Source: Antedon mediterranea
Taxonomy: Eukaryota; Animalia; Echinodermata
NCBI RefSeq assembly: GCF_964355755.1
Contig: NC_092675.1
Coordinates: forward strand, 20,866,912 to 20,930,911
Direction of reading: 5' to 3'
Length of the DNA: 64,000 bases
Shown here: one piece after another, positions 1 through 12,450 of the stretch
Position numbering within the stretch: position 1 is the first letter of the stretch
How the letters are laid out: every line of letters begins with the position of its first letter
Program-made: the position numbers and the translations under genes
Notes under the pieces: generated by a model
The model's database searches: none
What the model was told of the DNA's origin: nothing
The model's input: only the letters and a program-made list of their open reading frames with translations

Positions 1-927
1 CTATAAACAATTTCCTAATTTAACCAAATTTAATAATGTTGTTAAATCTTTTGCGGTACTATATAATTGTCAACAAATATATTGTCCTTGAATTGAGAAG
101 TCCTTGAATTGAGAAGTGTTTGAAAGTACCCATGTATGTTAAGTTACCACAGAAAGATGTTATAAAAGATTGTACTTATTTAGGTACAGTATAAAACACT
201 GTTGTACTGTAGCCTGTACTAATGGAGAATAATTTACAAAATTAAAAAATCTTCCACAAATAAATTTCTCATATGGACATTTATCGCAAATAGCATTAAC
301 ATTCTGGTCGTATGAAACTAGCAAGCAAATAATAATTTTTAAAATCCGAATTTTAAACATTTTTATTTTAATGTAGCCTATTAAAGAAAAATGAAGATGA
401 GAAGAAGAGTAAAATGGGATATAAATTCCTTTTTAAAATTAAAAGCAAGTATTTAGGGAAACATTAATAGCCGTCAACCTTAACTTAGAGAGCACATACT
501 GTACAGTACTAGTATAGTGATAATAACTTCACTTTAATCTCTTAATCTTAAATTACAAAGGAAAGACTCCTGAATATTGCCCATTCAGATCTTTATCTTT
601 GAATAGCTTCTTTTATTAATTGTTCAATACCGTAACACAGTAAAATTGACAAGAAGTAAGGCCACCATTTGTCTAATTATTTTTTAGGTACCTTCTGACT
701 TTACAGTGCATGTATCATGGAGGACATGATTTCCTTTGAATAAAATTGTTCTGACAGTATTGCTGTATACAAAAAAACACAGTAGACAGTATAGGCTAAA
801 TTTGCATTTAAAACAAAAAACAATAATATAGAGTACTCTATAATGTATAGAAAGAGTCTAGCTAGAATACTGTATAACATACAGTATCTTTACACAGTTT
901 TACTTAGTACTGTAAAGTAATTTGTGT

Positions 928-1225
928 GGGTCATTCCATACCAAATCACCCAAAAAAATGACATTTTAAACCCTACTTTCTTCAAATTTGCTCAAATTTG
1001 GTTTTGGGGTTATTTTTAGCTAAAAAAACCTGAATTTTTTAATTTGAGCGCCATACGACCAACGGTTCGCGCGCTACGCGCCATCGTTTCTTCGCGATTT
1101 TGCGCAAAATCGACGCGGCGGGCTATACTTAAATGACTGTATCTCCGTAACGTGTGGACCGATTTTGTGGTGACAGGTATCTTTGGAACTTAGTTTACGG
1201 CCAATCAGATCATGAGGAAAAATTT
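928..1225. mobile_element. Probable one-ended DNA transposon fragment
   Basis: Begins GGGTCATTCCATACCAAATCACCC and has a sharply CpG-rich interior (1047-1125) in CpG-poor surroundings; no matching end found. Confidence 0.4.
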
Positions 1226-1752
1226 AAATAAAATAGGAAGGTTGGAACAGGATGTTTTAAGGCATTGGCATTTTGAAGATATCTTTCCTTGCACTACAAA
1301 TACTGGCTTTTTTCAACATTCAATATCACATGCATTTATTCAATAATTTAGTCATCAACGACTGAATATACTTAATAAATTTAACTTGCAACGTTATCTG
1401 ATGTTACAACCGCATTGCAAATATGGCTGATCTCCTGTCTTATTTCCTTTCAACCATTTTAAATTGACTCATTACAATCCTGGCCTTGATCTTCTGTAAA
1501 CTAAAAATGATTACTTCCCATCATAAAAAAATTTGGAAAATCTATGTAATAGTTCAAACATTAAATATAGATTTGAAGTTTCTCATCTAAAGACGACATG
1601 CAGATACCTTCTCTTTTTTTAAAAAGAACGAACAGAAAAAAAAAACAACAAAAAAGAAAAAAAATAGAAGGAAAAAAACCCCCTTTTTTACAAATTTACA
1701 GTTAATGTAGTTGGTTTAATTAAAAACTACTAATTTGCGATTAGTAAATAAA

Positions 1753-2073
1753 TAGTAGGATTCCTATTAATAGGAACAGACACCTTCAGCACCAAAATGT
1801 TGCCTTATTAGGGGCGTTGCCTGAAAAATAGGGCGTTTCCATAATAGGGGCATTGCCTGAATAATAGGTGTATGGAATTGCCTTTAAAAGGGTGTCACCT
1901 AATAATAATATAGTATCCCATGTATGGATTGACTGTAGTGTTAAAACCATGGAGGTATAATATTATCCTACATGGTTAAAACATATAATTTCCTCTTGTT
2001 TCACGGAAAAGTGTCCCTTTAATATGGTTGTCCCTTTAATAAATAATAGCATCCCAAATGAGGAGTATCACTA
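1753..2073. mobile_element. Old Tc1/pogo-like MITE family C copy
   Basis: CCTATTAA..GACACCTTC, repeated AATAGGGGCGTT/GTGTCCCTTTAAT motifs, and TAGTGTTAAAAC shared with the 34947 copy. Confidence 0.55.
1948..1974. other. Mini-hairpin with 8-bp TSD (probable P-type excision footprint)
   Basis: GTTAAAAC | CATGGAGGTATAATATTATCCTACATG | GTTAAAAC; empty site in a paralogous MITE near 35213-35227. Confidence 0.72.
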
Positions 2074-2258
2074 TGAGAAGTTGCAAATGTACATTTTCAC
2101 TACTAATTTCAAAGTTCAATGAATCTCTGTAACCAAGAAAAACTACTTAGCTTCATATAGCAGCAGTCTCAGTATTAAAACTCTATTGCAACAGCAAGAA
2201 AACTGTGTAAGCTCTTTGAAGACATGTTAACTCTTTCATGTCTCGAAAAGAAATAATA

Positions 2259-2424
2259 ATGGTGGTTTGTGGGCAGGCTCCCACTTGAGGGCATAGTTCA
2301 TGGACTATACCATTTGTTGAGAGGGGAATTCAATGAAAACTTCTACTTTTCGAGTTATATCTCACTCTTCGAGGAGAAGGGGCTATTGTTGGTTTATCCA
2401 GGTAAGCTATAGGCACGAAATAGA
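2259..2424. repeat. Dispersed ~165-bp repeat, copy 1
   Basis: Aligns to 9432-9596 (CCACTTGAGGG.ATAGTTCATGGACTATACCATTTG...GGTTTATCCAGGTAAGCTA). Confidence 0.88.
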
Positions 2425-2485
2425 CATTAAAGTTTCAAAATGTTAAATTTGTATCAAAATATAAATACACTTAATAAGACCTTAA

Positions 2486-3497
2486 CACTTTGACTGCCAA
2501 ACACGAAGATCTTCGTTTTTGGAAACACAACGCTTGACTGCCAAACACGAAGATCTTCGTTTTTCGCGTTTTTTTTACGAAATCCGGTAGATAGGTTAAT
2601 TATTGGTATATACTATAAATATGGACACTATATTCGGTCTGGACCGCCGTGAATATTTACTTTTTGAAAGTAACTAATCTGGTTACGAACGATTGTCAAA
2701 ATGGTACCTGTTGAAATAACATACACCGCGCATCACAGCGATGGTTTGGCGCATTGTGTATCGGTCGCGCGCTAGCTATGCCGCCGAAGCATTACAAAGG
2801 TTTATGTGGATTGGAATGTTTGTTTGTTATCTGAATAAAAAATAATGGATGAATTTTCAATATGAAGTCTTTAATTTTATTATTGTATGTATACCCTAAT
2901 TGTTTTGGTGCTTCACTGTAAGTGGCCGAGTTTCACGCAACAAACTTGTTTAGAAATGGTATGAATATTATCATCATTTTACTAGCTAGGTTAAGGCCTA
3001 GTCGTAAAACGGTTCTGGATCAACTTTAGGCCTAGTTAACTAGGCCTGGTGTCTTTACTATGTGGATTTTGGCGAAACATTGATGTAAGATTTATGATTT
3101 ATAAAATATAATACATTTTTCGATAGTGATAACTTGTTTTTATAGGCCTACCGGTGCCGTGTAAGTAATTTTTCGTTGTTTGTTGATCTCACTGGGCGAT
3201 ATTTTCATATTGTGATGTCTTGCACAAAATCGCGTATATCTCAACTTTCTTGCGCAAAACTACGAAAAACTCAAAAAGTGGGTTACTTTCATTTTACTAT
3301 TACGATTTACATATTGCGATTTGAAAATCGTTCTTGGTACCATTGTAAAGCTAAATCTTTTTGATTATTTTAGTCTAAATTACATGTAAATCAGATCACA
3401 TACATAGTTTCAATCAGCTTTGATAAAAACATCGAATTGGGCTATAAACGCTGGCGGTGGCAGTTTCTAACTGGAAAAACCTCTGGCAGTCAAAGTG
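2486..3497. mobile_element. Non-autonomous piggyBac-like DNA transposon (~1.0 kb)
   Basis: TTAA on both flanks (2482-2485, 3498-3501); perfect 14-bp TIR CACTTTGACTGCCA; subterminal direct repeat TTGACTGCCAAACACGAAGATCTTCGTTTTT twice; CpG-rich relative to flanks; no transposase. Confidence 0.88.
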
Positions 3498-3760
3498 TTA
3501 AGAATAACAATACATAAAAACTATTATTAATGAGTTATTTGTTTGCATCTTTGATTTTATTATCTAGTTTAATGTACACCTGGCATAAATCTTCACATAG
3601 TTTTTCTTTGACAGTACAATACATATAAATCTGTCAATATGTTAGGTACTGTAGCCTGCTGCGATCAACAGAATGAGACCAGCAGAAGTCTGTATTGTAT
3701 TGTACATTTGAGTGCTAAACTTTCTCAATATCAGACAATCATGGATTTTGTGTCTTTTTC

Positions 3761-3884
3761 TGAAACCTATTAAGGGGACACCTTAGGGACCACCAAAGTA
3801 TCCTCCTCTATACAGTAGTAGTGTCCCCTGAAATCGTTTCATGGGAAAGTGTCGTCTAAGTCTTAACAGGGGTGTCCTACTGTA
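3761..3884. mobile_element. Old MITE family C fragment
   Basis: CCTATTAAGGGGACACCTTAGGGACC...GTGTCCCCTGAA...CATGGGAAAGTGTC; CATGGGAAAGTG recurs near 30410. Confidence 0.55.
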
Positions 3885-4741
3885 TTCTGAGTTTTTCAGA
3901 TAGTCTGGTTTTGGGAGAGTCAAATGTACAGTACACTTTATTCAAAGTTTCATTGAATTTCAATTCTTGTACAATAATACACTAATGCCTACAGTAGGCA
4001 TGTTTGATGTTGAAAAGCATATTTCAAAATGTCAAATGAGGAAATTTAAATGTTTCTGCTAAAAGAATTTATTGTTTAGCTTTGAAACATGATAATAAAT
4101 AAATATGTACGCAAATGGAAAATCAAAGAAGTTGCGAATGTAGGATTTTTTCCGGAAGTTCAATTATTTTAAAAAGATAATTGACTTCCTCAGTCTTTTG
4201 ATACTAATAAATTGTCACCAATTGTCATGGTCTATTAGCTTCAACCTTCCCTCAGTAAACGAATTTCCGAGCCTTTCAATCCAAATTCAATAGTAAAACG
4301 ATACAATGAAAGACTTGCTTGGTTTTCAGTGTCTGTTTTTTACGCATGGTTGGTGTAAATTAATTCATTGTGTATTTAACAGCTTTTTACAGTTACCACA
4401 CTGTTAGCATTGAATTGTACTTATTTTTGTAATACTTCACAATAATAAATATATAATTTAAATGCATTTTAAATCTCCAAAGGTGTTTAGATTATAATTT
4501 ACAGAAGAATTTTAACTGAAATTCAATATAGTGTAGTATCAAATTTTACGTAAACTTTTGAACTTGGATTTTAGTTTTTTTTTTATTTTGCACAATTTCT
4601 AATGATAATATCTTAAACAAAATAAACATTACTCCAATTATAATATTGTTTTGTTCGTAACTGGTCTATTTTATCTAGAAACATTTAATTTAACTATATG
4701 CAACTCCAAAAAAAAAGCTATAAAAAAAATAGGCCTTACGT

Positions 4742-4845
4742 TCTATACTATCCAACTAGTTTAACAAAACAAATATGGTAGTGATATGACATCATCATGT
4801 ATTAATATATGGTCACACAAAAGGTTGATAGTGTAGACAGAGCTT
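4742..4845. mobile_element. Palindromic MITE family A, degenerate copy
   Basis: Shares the core AAATATGGTAGTGATATGACATCATCATGT and the right TIR GATAGTGTAGACAGAGCTT. Confidence 0.75.
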
Positions 4846-5367
4846 TAATATCTACAGTAAGACTGTATTTTTTTTGATGAAACAATGTAAGATAGCAAAT
4901 GCATAGTGTTATTTAAACTTTCAACAGATTGTCTTTGTGTAGGCTGTAGAAAATAATCAATCAACAATTATTATATACAGAATCACAGCGGCAGCCTGTC
5001 TTTGAGGTTATATTCAGTCTGTATTACCTTACCGCTAATAACACCAATATCAATGAACAAAACCATAAAGGAAGGATGAAGTGTAGACAACGTGCTACTA
5101 AAAGTCTGCTTTTACAATACATCTTTTAATGTTATCTACAAAATGCTTTATGGCATTTTAAAAGCTTTTGTGTTCAATTTTCGTCATTTATAACAGGCCC
5201 ATAAATGTTGTAATTGTCAAATAAAATTATTTTGAAGAATTTACGACAGAAAAAAGCGCTCCAGTACTTCATCTAGTATTCATAAAAATAAATATGCGGT
5301 TAAAATGTATTTTTCAGTTTTAGTGTGATTATGGTTGTAAAAAACATGTATTTTGTATGGATGGTGT

Positions 5368-5519
5368 GCTCTGTCTACAATATCAAACTAGTTTGACAAA
5401 AAAGTGCCCAAATATGGTAGTGATATGCTTAAATATGGTAGTGATATGACATCATCATGTCCATATATGGGCACATAACTTTTTTTGTCACATAAAGTTT
5501 GATAGTTTAGACAGAGCTT
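5368..5519. mobile_element. Palindromic MITE family A copy
   Basis: Same TIRs and core as 8936-9081, with an internal duplication of AAATATGGTAGTGATATG. Confidence 0.85.
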
Positions 5520-8211
5520 TAAATATTCTCAATACAAAATGGTATAAAGTACGTGATTTTTTACAGTTAACAATTTAATTACTGACAGTTAAGCTCCCAA
5601 GTATAAATTGACAGAGGATTCATACTGTACAAATATTGTCAAGGACGGGGCTACAAGCTTACACTTACAGTGGGTCTGTAAGTCATTACCCCCTAGACAG
5701 AAGAACATTGTCACATCTGGTTGTCACTGAGCAAGTTCCACGCATTGTTTGATGCTTATCTTTAAATTATTTTATAAGTTAATAGGGGTCATGCGACAAA
5801 TATATTGACAAATACTATACGTGTGTATTTAAACATAATGCATACTGAGCATTTTTAGGCTACTGTGTAAATAGTTTTATAATGACTGAAAATGAACTTG
5901 ACAAAATGAACCATACAGGTTATATTAATCAATGAAGGTATGATAACGATTATTTTATAACATACCTGGGTGTATCTTTGCAATTTGATTGGTTAATTAC
6001 ATACATGTGACATTAGGTATTTTAGTACTATCTAACAGAAAAGTGACATCTACTGTAAATAATGGTGATAATGGGATTTATTATAGGGTTAGCAAGCAAC
6101 CATTATATAAAATTAGGAATCCATTAAAAAATTTAATTGTCAAAATTACTGTGGAATTGCCCAGATGTCAAAATATTAAATCCTAACATTTGATGGTGGT
6201 GTGTACTGTATTTCATTGGTTGGAGTATCTTGTTCGCACTTCAAGCTAACTTTATATCACTAGCGCCTCTATTGGTGTTACTTTGAATCCCTAGCCAGTT
6301 TTTAAACTGCTTTTATTAATAAAATACTACAATAGATTCCCACTAGGGGTTACCTAATGAATTACATCAAACCCAAAGCCATACATGCATTACAAATGGA
6401 AACCTGCTAGGTTTAGCCTAGTTCCCCTGGGGTTGTCGGCTTAGGCAGTATATATAATAAGGTCATTGACTTGCTTATTTCTTACTGGGGGTCATGCTTA
6501 TACATTATGGAACAGTGGAGTAGAGAAGATGGTCTCTTACAGTAGATATATGCTACAAAAAGTATACAATGAAATTACTGTACACATACAGTGTACACTT
6601 TTTAAACAATGATGCACGCCATATAGTATTTCAATATTATGTCATTATCAACCCTACTACAGTACTACTGTAGTACATTACATAGTACTGCACCTACTGT
6701 GTTGTACTGTAGTTAAACAGAAAACCCAGATTTGATTCTAAATACACAATATTGTATGTTTAGCCTGGGTATAAATGGGATACTTTTTATGTGAATACCA
6801 CAAGGCATTAAAAAAAAAATTCAATAGAAGGTACAGCCCCTGAGCTGGTTCTTGTATTCAATTTCTGTAATATGAGTGCCGTTATTAATGGCTGGCAATC
6901 TCTACTTAAATATCTTAACAAAGGCATACTAACATATAAATCCCATAAGTATAATATATCAATCACTCAAATCCTAGCTAATGGTCCAAAGTGTCATTAA
7001 AAAGAATAAAAAGTAAACTTCAGATAGTGAGTAGGATCAATTGGAAATTGTATTTTTTGTTTGTTAAGGCAGGGTTTGTACAGCCAGAAGGTTTCCAACA
7101 GCCTAATGCTTACAGCCTTCAAAACAGCTTCATTTCAGTCACAACACCTAATTTGTATTTTTGTCGCCCACCCTTCCATTTTTCTAGCTACCCATGGTGT
7201 ACTTGTACAGGGTATTTACTGAAGACTGAGTAGGCACAATAGAACAAGGTCAATTTCTAATTAAATTCAGCTCCTTAGAAATAAGCATTGTGACTGTACA
7301 CAATTATAACAAATTGGAGTTTAGTAAATATAAAGTAATTTACAATTGAGTAACTATCAATTACACCAGAATGAGTAGAAAAGTAACAACCGTTTGCTTC
7401 ATAAAACAAAACATGCCATATAAAGTTAGCCAACAATTACCAAATATATTTCAAGTCCTTTAGATACACAAAAGAAGTACTTACCTTTAGGGCTAACTGT
7501 ATGTAAACTTGTAGTTCATTTCATCAGTAAGTATTCATGCAGAAATGTATTTACAAAAGTTTACTTCGTAAAATACAAGTTACAATTCAATCACGTTTTA
7601 TTCCGAATGCCAATCACTAGGTTTTTTTTTAACGCTATACTTTAGTGAACACTTGAAATGTATTATTTACAGTATTTCAGGGGATTGTTAATTAATAATT
7701 AATTATGTAATTATTTATTTCTTGTGACATGAGATTGGTTTGTTACTCACTTTATTGTCTATCAACAGTTTCTAGAAGTATAAATATATGTCCTGGAAAT
7801 TAGCTACAGTATATTCTTAACTAAATTAATTACTGCCATGAGAGACAGGTAGATCGGAATTCAATATTTTACACTCAAATAGTTCTAAACTAAACAGCAA
7901 TTTCCATGTTTCTCTGTGGAAATATGGCTAATTTTGGATACAGTTACAGTGTAATGCTGGAAGAAATTAGAAACTTTTGGTTTTCGGATGTGAACTGGAT
8001 GGAGTCTACACACACCTCATATGTGAAGAATTTTTGCAAGTACTGTATTTCCCTTGTAATATTACTGTAACTACCAATCATTTTAAATCAAAAACATATT
8101 TTTACTTACAGCATGCTGTAGTCCTTGATAAAAACATACACCTAGAAGATAAAACAATACTTAATTAGTAATGTTAAACTCCTTAGAATACATCTGGAAT
8201 TTAATGACTTA

Positions 8212-8901
8212 GGTCGTGTTCGTACGGTGGTTAAAATAAGCGCTTAATTTCACCCATGCCTCGGGTTATAAATTGAGCGTTGTTCGTACTTGAAATATTT
8301 AACCGCTTATAAATGCTTAATCGACGAATCACAAACCGTTTTAAGGTCAGTTGTCTTTACAACCTACGACCCCATTTTCGCACGCTAGTTTCATGTTGTA
8401 TATTTTTTACTCGCGATCTTTCTTTACAATAACAATTACTTGCTACCTTTTACACTGCTTATCCTTGCGACAAACCTTATGCCTCTTAACGCCGATAATC
8501 CTGCCGAAATATGCCTTCTCCTGACGACCATTATTTTACTCCTTGACGAAGAATTTGAGCCCAATGTTACACGAAACACCACCGACCAGCTAGGCCTACT
8601 AAGCGGTCTACACCAACAAGGACAGCACCAGCTGACGATCGCTCTCGAAGCGTGTATGGAAGAGCTTCGTAGGAGAAATGACGGGCCTAGGCAGCGAACG
8701 TTTGTCAAAATTTGACACATTGCCTCTATCGGAGATTTATTATCCTCGAAGGCCGAGTATAATTGGATTATCGCTGAAATAACTTGCAAATTTGGTGAAC
8801 ATTTTGCCTCGAATTTTTTGTAGCCTGAGGCAAAAGTTAATTGAATCACGCGAACGGAAATCGGGAATAAGCTGGTATTTTCAACCCCTACGAACAGGCC
8901 C
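8212..8901. mobile_element. Non-autonomous PIF/Harbinger-like element (690 bp)
   Basis: TTA on both flanks (8209-8211, 8902-8904); imperfect ~35-bp TIRs GGTCGTGTTCGTACGGTGGTTAAAAT vs GGGCCTGTTCGTAGGGGTTGAAAAT; CpG-rich interior. Confidence 0.75.
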
Positions 8902-8935
8902 TTAGTAACTGGATATTCAGAACCAAATATGTCTA

Positions 8936-9081
8936 AAGCTCTGACTATCGTACACTATCAAACTAGTTTGACAAAAAAGTGTGATGTGCCCAAATATGGT
9001 AGTGATATGACATCATCATATTCATATATGGGCACATCACATTTTTTTGTCACATCAAGTTTGATAGTGTAGACAGAGCTT
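8936..9081. mobile_element. Palindromic MITE family A, most complete copy
   Basis: TIR AAGCTCTGTCTACACTATCAAACT with core GTGCCCAAATATGGTAGTGATATGACATCATCAT; three copies in the window. Confidence 0.85.
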
Positions 9082-9431
9082 GATGCACACTACTATAGAT
9101 GACTAAACAATACTAAACAAATGTAGTTTGATGAAAATATCTTTGACAGGCCTTTATTTCCAAAGCAACTTGGAGTTAGGCATTTATCCTTTGCATGTGA
9201 CAATTTTATATTATTATTCAAAACCAACAGCGATAAATACCGCCACTAACAGGTTTGAAACATAAAACGATACAACATAAAAAACGGTTAACAATTTTTT
9301 AGATAACAAGTTGAGTTGACATAGAATGACAGTACTGTAAAAACAATATTTATTTTTTAATGAGAACAAATATTTCAGTACATTACATAGTTTTAAATCA
9401 AGCTTGGATATAATTGTGTGGAAGAAATAAA

Positions 9432-9596
9432 GATGGTGGTTTGCAGTGAGGCTACCACTTGAGGGAATAGTTCATGGACTATACCATTTGTGGAGAGGGA
9501 TGTTCAATGAAAATTTCTACTTTTCGAGGTATATCTCGCTCTTCGAGGAGAAAGGCTATTGTCGGTTTATCCAGGTAAGCTAGGCACGAAAGACAG
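9432..9596. repeat. Dispersed ~165-bp repeat, copy 2
   Basis: Same orientation as, and high similarity to, 2259-2424. Confidence 0.88.
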
Positions 9597-10040
9597 ACAA
9601 ATCTGGATACCTTGAAGTATTGTTTTAATTTTTGTTCCCCCCCCCCACCCTCAGATTTTTGACTCCCCTCCCTAGATTTCTCTATCCCCATAATGATTTT
9701 ACATAGTCCCTTAACTATACCAGTCTGTTAAAAACAAACCTGAGCACTTCTTGCCTATTATTCCTTAATTCTCACCTAAAGTGGGACAATAAAGCTTCCA
9801 GAAACAGAACAAGGGTTCTTTTATATTCATTGTCAAAGAACAGAATGAACTACACATAACCTTCCACAGTATCAACAATAGTCTGTAATACCATGTCAAC
9901 AGTCACATTACTGTGTAGATCTTTAAATACAGTAGGACTTTAAAGAAAATAATTTCACTCATTTAAACAGGTGCTTTATTTATAATTAAACTATGTATAC
10001 AAACATAATTCTAATTTTAAATGTGCTACCCTGGTATGAC

Positions 10041-10061
10041 CATGGAGGTTATACCTCCATG
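10041..10061. other. Mini-hairpin with 7-bp TSD (probable P-type excision footprint)
   Basis: GTATGAC | CATGGAGGTTATACCTCCATG | GTATGAC. Confidence 0.75.
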
Positions 10062-11620
10062 GTATGACTTAGTATTCAGTTTTGAATAGGAACGCACATT
10101 TTCATAAAACTGTTTTATGGAATTGTACTTTATGAAAATTATGCCTTGTATTTTGTTTCTTGTTGCTTCTTTTCCAAATTTTTCTTTACATAATATGGCT
10201 TGTTAAATTAAGAAATAATCTTTTTCGTTTCTATATTTAAAGCAGGATTAATTAATTAATAGTAAAACATGGTCTGGCAACCTTATAGTAAGATTCATGA
10301 AAGTACATTTATAAGCATATTTTTGTGCAACAATAAAAGCAAAAAAAGGATTATTAATTATAAATTGCGGAGGAAAAATTAGGGCGTTCAGACATGGGGC
10401 CATGCTTAATGTTAATTGGTAGTTTCGTCCAGGATGCTACTTATTAACATAGGAAACCTGATTAGATAGAATCTTGAGTTACATCACTGGATGCTAAACG
10501 GTACATCAATCTGAACAGAGCCTAAAATGTAAAGTCCGCATACCATATATGACATCATAAGGGATAAATTAGATTAGTTTCTTCAAGGTAAATCCAAGGT
10601 AGAAATATAAACTTACTAATGAGTTGTAAAGTGCTTATACAACCAGGTTTCTATGCTTATGAATGAGCAATTTAATTGGATGGTGCATTACTGTTAATGA
10701 GTGTTACTACTGTACAGTACAAGATTATCTTATGTTTTTATCTATTTAACCAAGCTGTAAACAGCTCAGCATACTGTCTCTGTGTGTTGAAACTGTTAAC
10801 AACTTTGAAAGAGGAGATTCATTTCCTACAGTATTTCCTGTGTTAAATCATAATGTCCTTACTGTCATCGGCGGCACACCATTTTTACCCCATTAGGCTA
10901 GACTACATACCCTTTTCTGAATAACTTTTTAGGATACTCTAATTTAATTTGTTCAAGTTACTTAATTTTAAGCGGGAATGAGTATAATTTTCTTTGATAA
11001 TATTATACTGAGCAGAGGTAATCTTTTAAATTTCAAAACGAACAAGATCATATCTGATTTATACGTGATTTGAATTCACTACTAAATGAAGTTAAGCTAA
11101 GTCATATACAGGTACGACTCTGGTTACACAATTCTGGATCATCTCCACATTTTTGCCAGTGGTGTTAAAGAGGTTAAAACTTCAGACAATACATATCAGC
11201 TTAGTCAGCCAGTATATATGGGTGATTTATCATTACAAAACTGGTAAAAATTCATTCCCTAACAAGTTTAATAGCCGTTTGATTTTAGTCGAGCTTCAAA
11301 GGCCAGAGGAGTACTGTACACACCAATTAAGTGACTAGGCTTATTTAAATACAGATTTGATTAGAATGCTAATTATGCAACTTTTACACCAAATTTTAAA
11401 ATGTTATCTGATAGGGATTCAGTTTTTGTGAATGAATGCTACCGTAGGATATTTCAGCTACTTTTATTGGCAGCATATTAGGAAAAATGACTCAAAGTTT
11501 TAATCAATTATATGTTCAAGGTACAGTATTCACCTTTTGATAATTCTAATCATAAGTAAACATTTTATTTTTAAACATACAGTAATCTCAAACATTTTTA
11601 ATGTACACTAAAATACTAAC

Positions 11621-11714
11621 CTTGAGATAAGGAGAAGGTATTTAATATAACAATCAATCCCAGTATTAAAGCTTGAACCGGCCAAGGTTTCATTCTCCAC
11701 TCCGCAGCAAACAT
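11621..11714 (-). CDS. Signal-peptide-encoding first coding exon of an unidentified secreted or membrane protein
   Basis: Minus strand reads MFAAEWRMKPWPVQALILGLIVILNTFSLSQ plus 1 nt, then donor CAAG|GTTAGT at 11621/11620. It has a basic n-region, a hydrophobic core, a small-residue c-region and a phase-1 intron. Exon acceptor ttttaactatacAG|AAG at 11847/11846. Confidence 0.7.
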
Positions 11715-11846
11715 TGCCTTGCTAATATCAACAACAAATTCCAAACAAAAACGTTTATTCCATAAAGAAGTTAAAATCCACACAATAGCCTATGTTCCTT
11801 GGTTGTATATCTTTTAACATCTCTCTAGTATGATTGTGATCATCTT
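11715..11846 (-). other. 5' UTR part of exon 2 of the minus-strand gene, containing two uORFs
   Basis: Pyrimidine tract and AG acceptor at 11848-11847. uORFs at 11843-11814 (MITIILERC*) and 11820-11755 (MLKDIQPRNIGYCVDFNFFME*). Confidence 0.55.
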
Positions 11847-12363
11847 CTGTATAGTTAAAATCAAAACAAGTACAGTACTAAAATAAAATTATTTTCATTT
11901 ATTGCAATTGGTCTATCGGTGTGTATAAACACTGCTGGTATATTGTATCTCTCTGTACTTAACTTTTTATTTCAGACTTTTGTGTGTAGGTTTGGCTACA
12001 AAATTCAAGAAATCAGGTTAGGCAGCCTATTCTTGTCAAGTTAATATATAATTTTAATCAAATAAAGAATGATAGTTATGTAGTGTTTATTACAAACAAT
12101 ACTCAACTTCTTCAAGCTAGGCCTAGAACGAAACTAACACCGTCTAATGATTTCCCTCAAACGAAGCCCTCTCGCCGGCCCTACTATCTATCGATAAGCG
12201 TATTCATAGGCTAAATAATAAGCCTTCGCGAGGCCTTGAAAATAACTATATCGTCAACTTTACACACTACATAAAAGTTTCAAACAATGAAATAATACAT
12301 ACACATACGTTAAGAGAGTGGAAATATAATTAATGAGCTAAAATATGTTGTAAATACACTAAC

Positions 12364-12450
12364 CTAATTTCTATCTTTCCCACTCCAGATCTTCTTTGAA
12401 GGGTGGTGGAAGACTACTCAGTACTCAGCACTCGCTCTTAAAAGTTTACT
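12364..12450 (-). other. Candidate non-coding first exon of the minus-strand gene (5' end approximate)
   Basis: Donor TTAG|GTTAGT at 12364/12363, no ATG, and located at the transition from CpG-poor to CpG-richer sequence. Confidence 0.5.

Noticed and set aside
716-738. CATGGAGG at 716 as a fifth P-type scar
   Set aside because: The right arm is degenerate and there is no target-site duplication.
5960-7620. Minus-strand donor-like sites (CAG|GTATGT near 5965, AAG|GTAAGT near 7484) as further coding exons of the left gene
   Set aside because: No open frame with a convincing acceptor in a compatible phase; at most non-coding alternatives.
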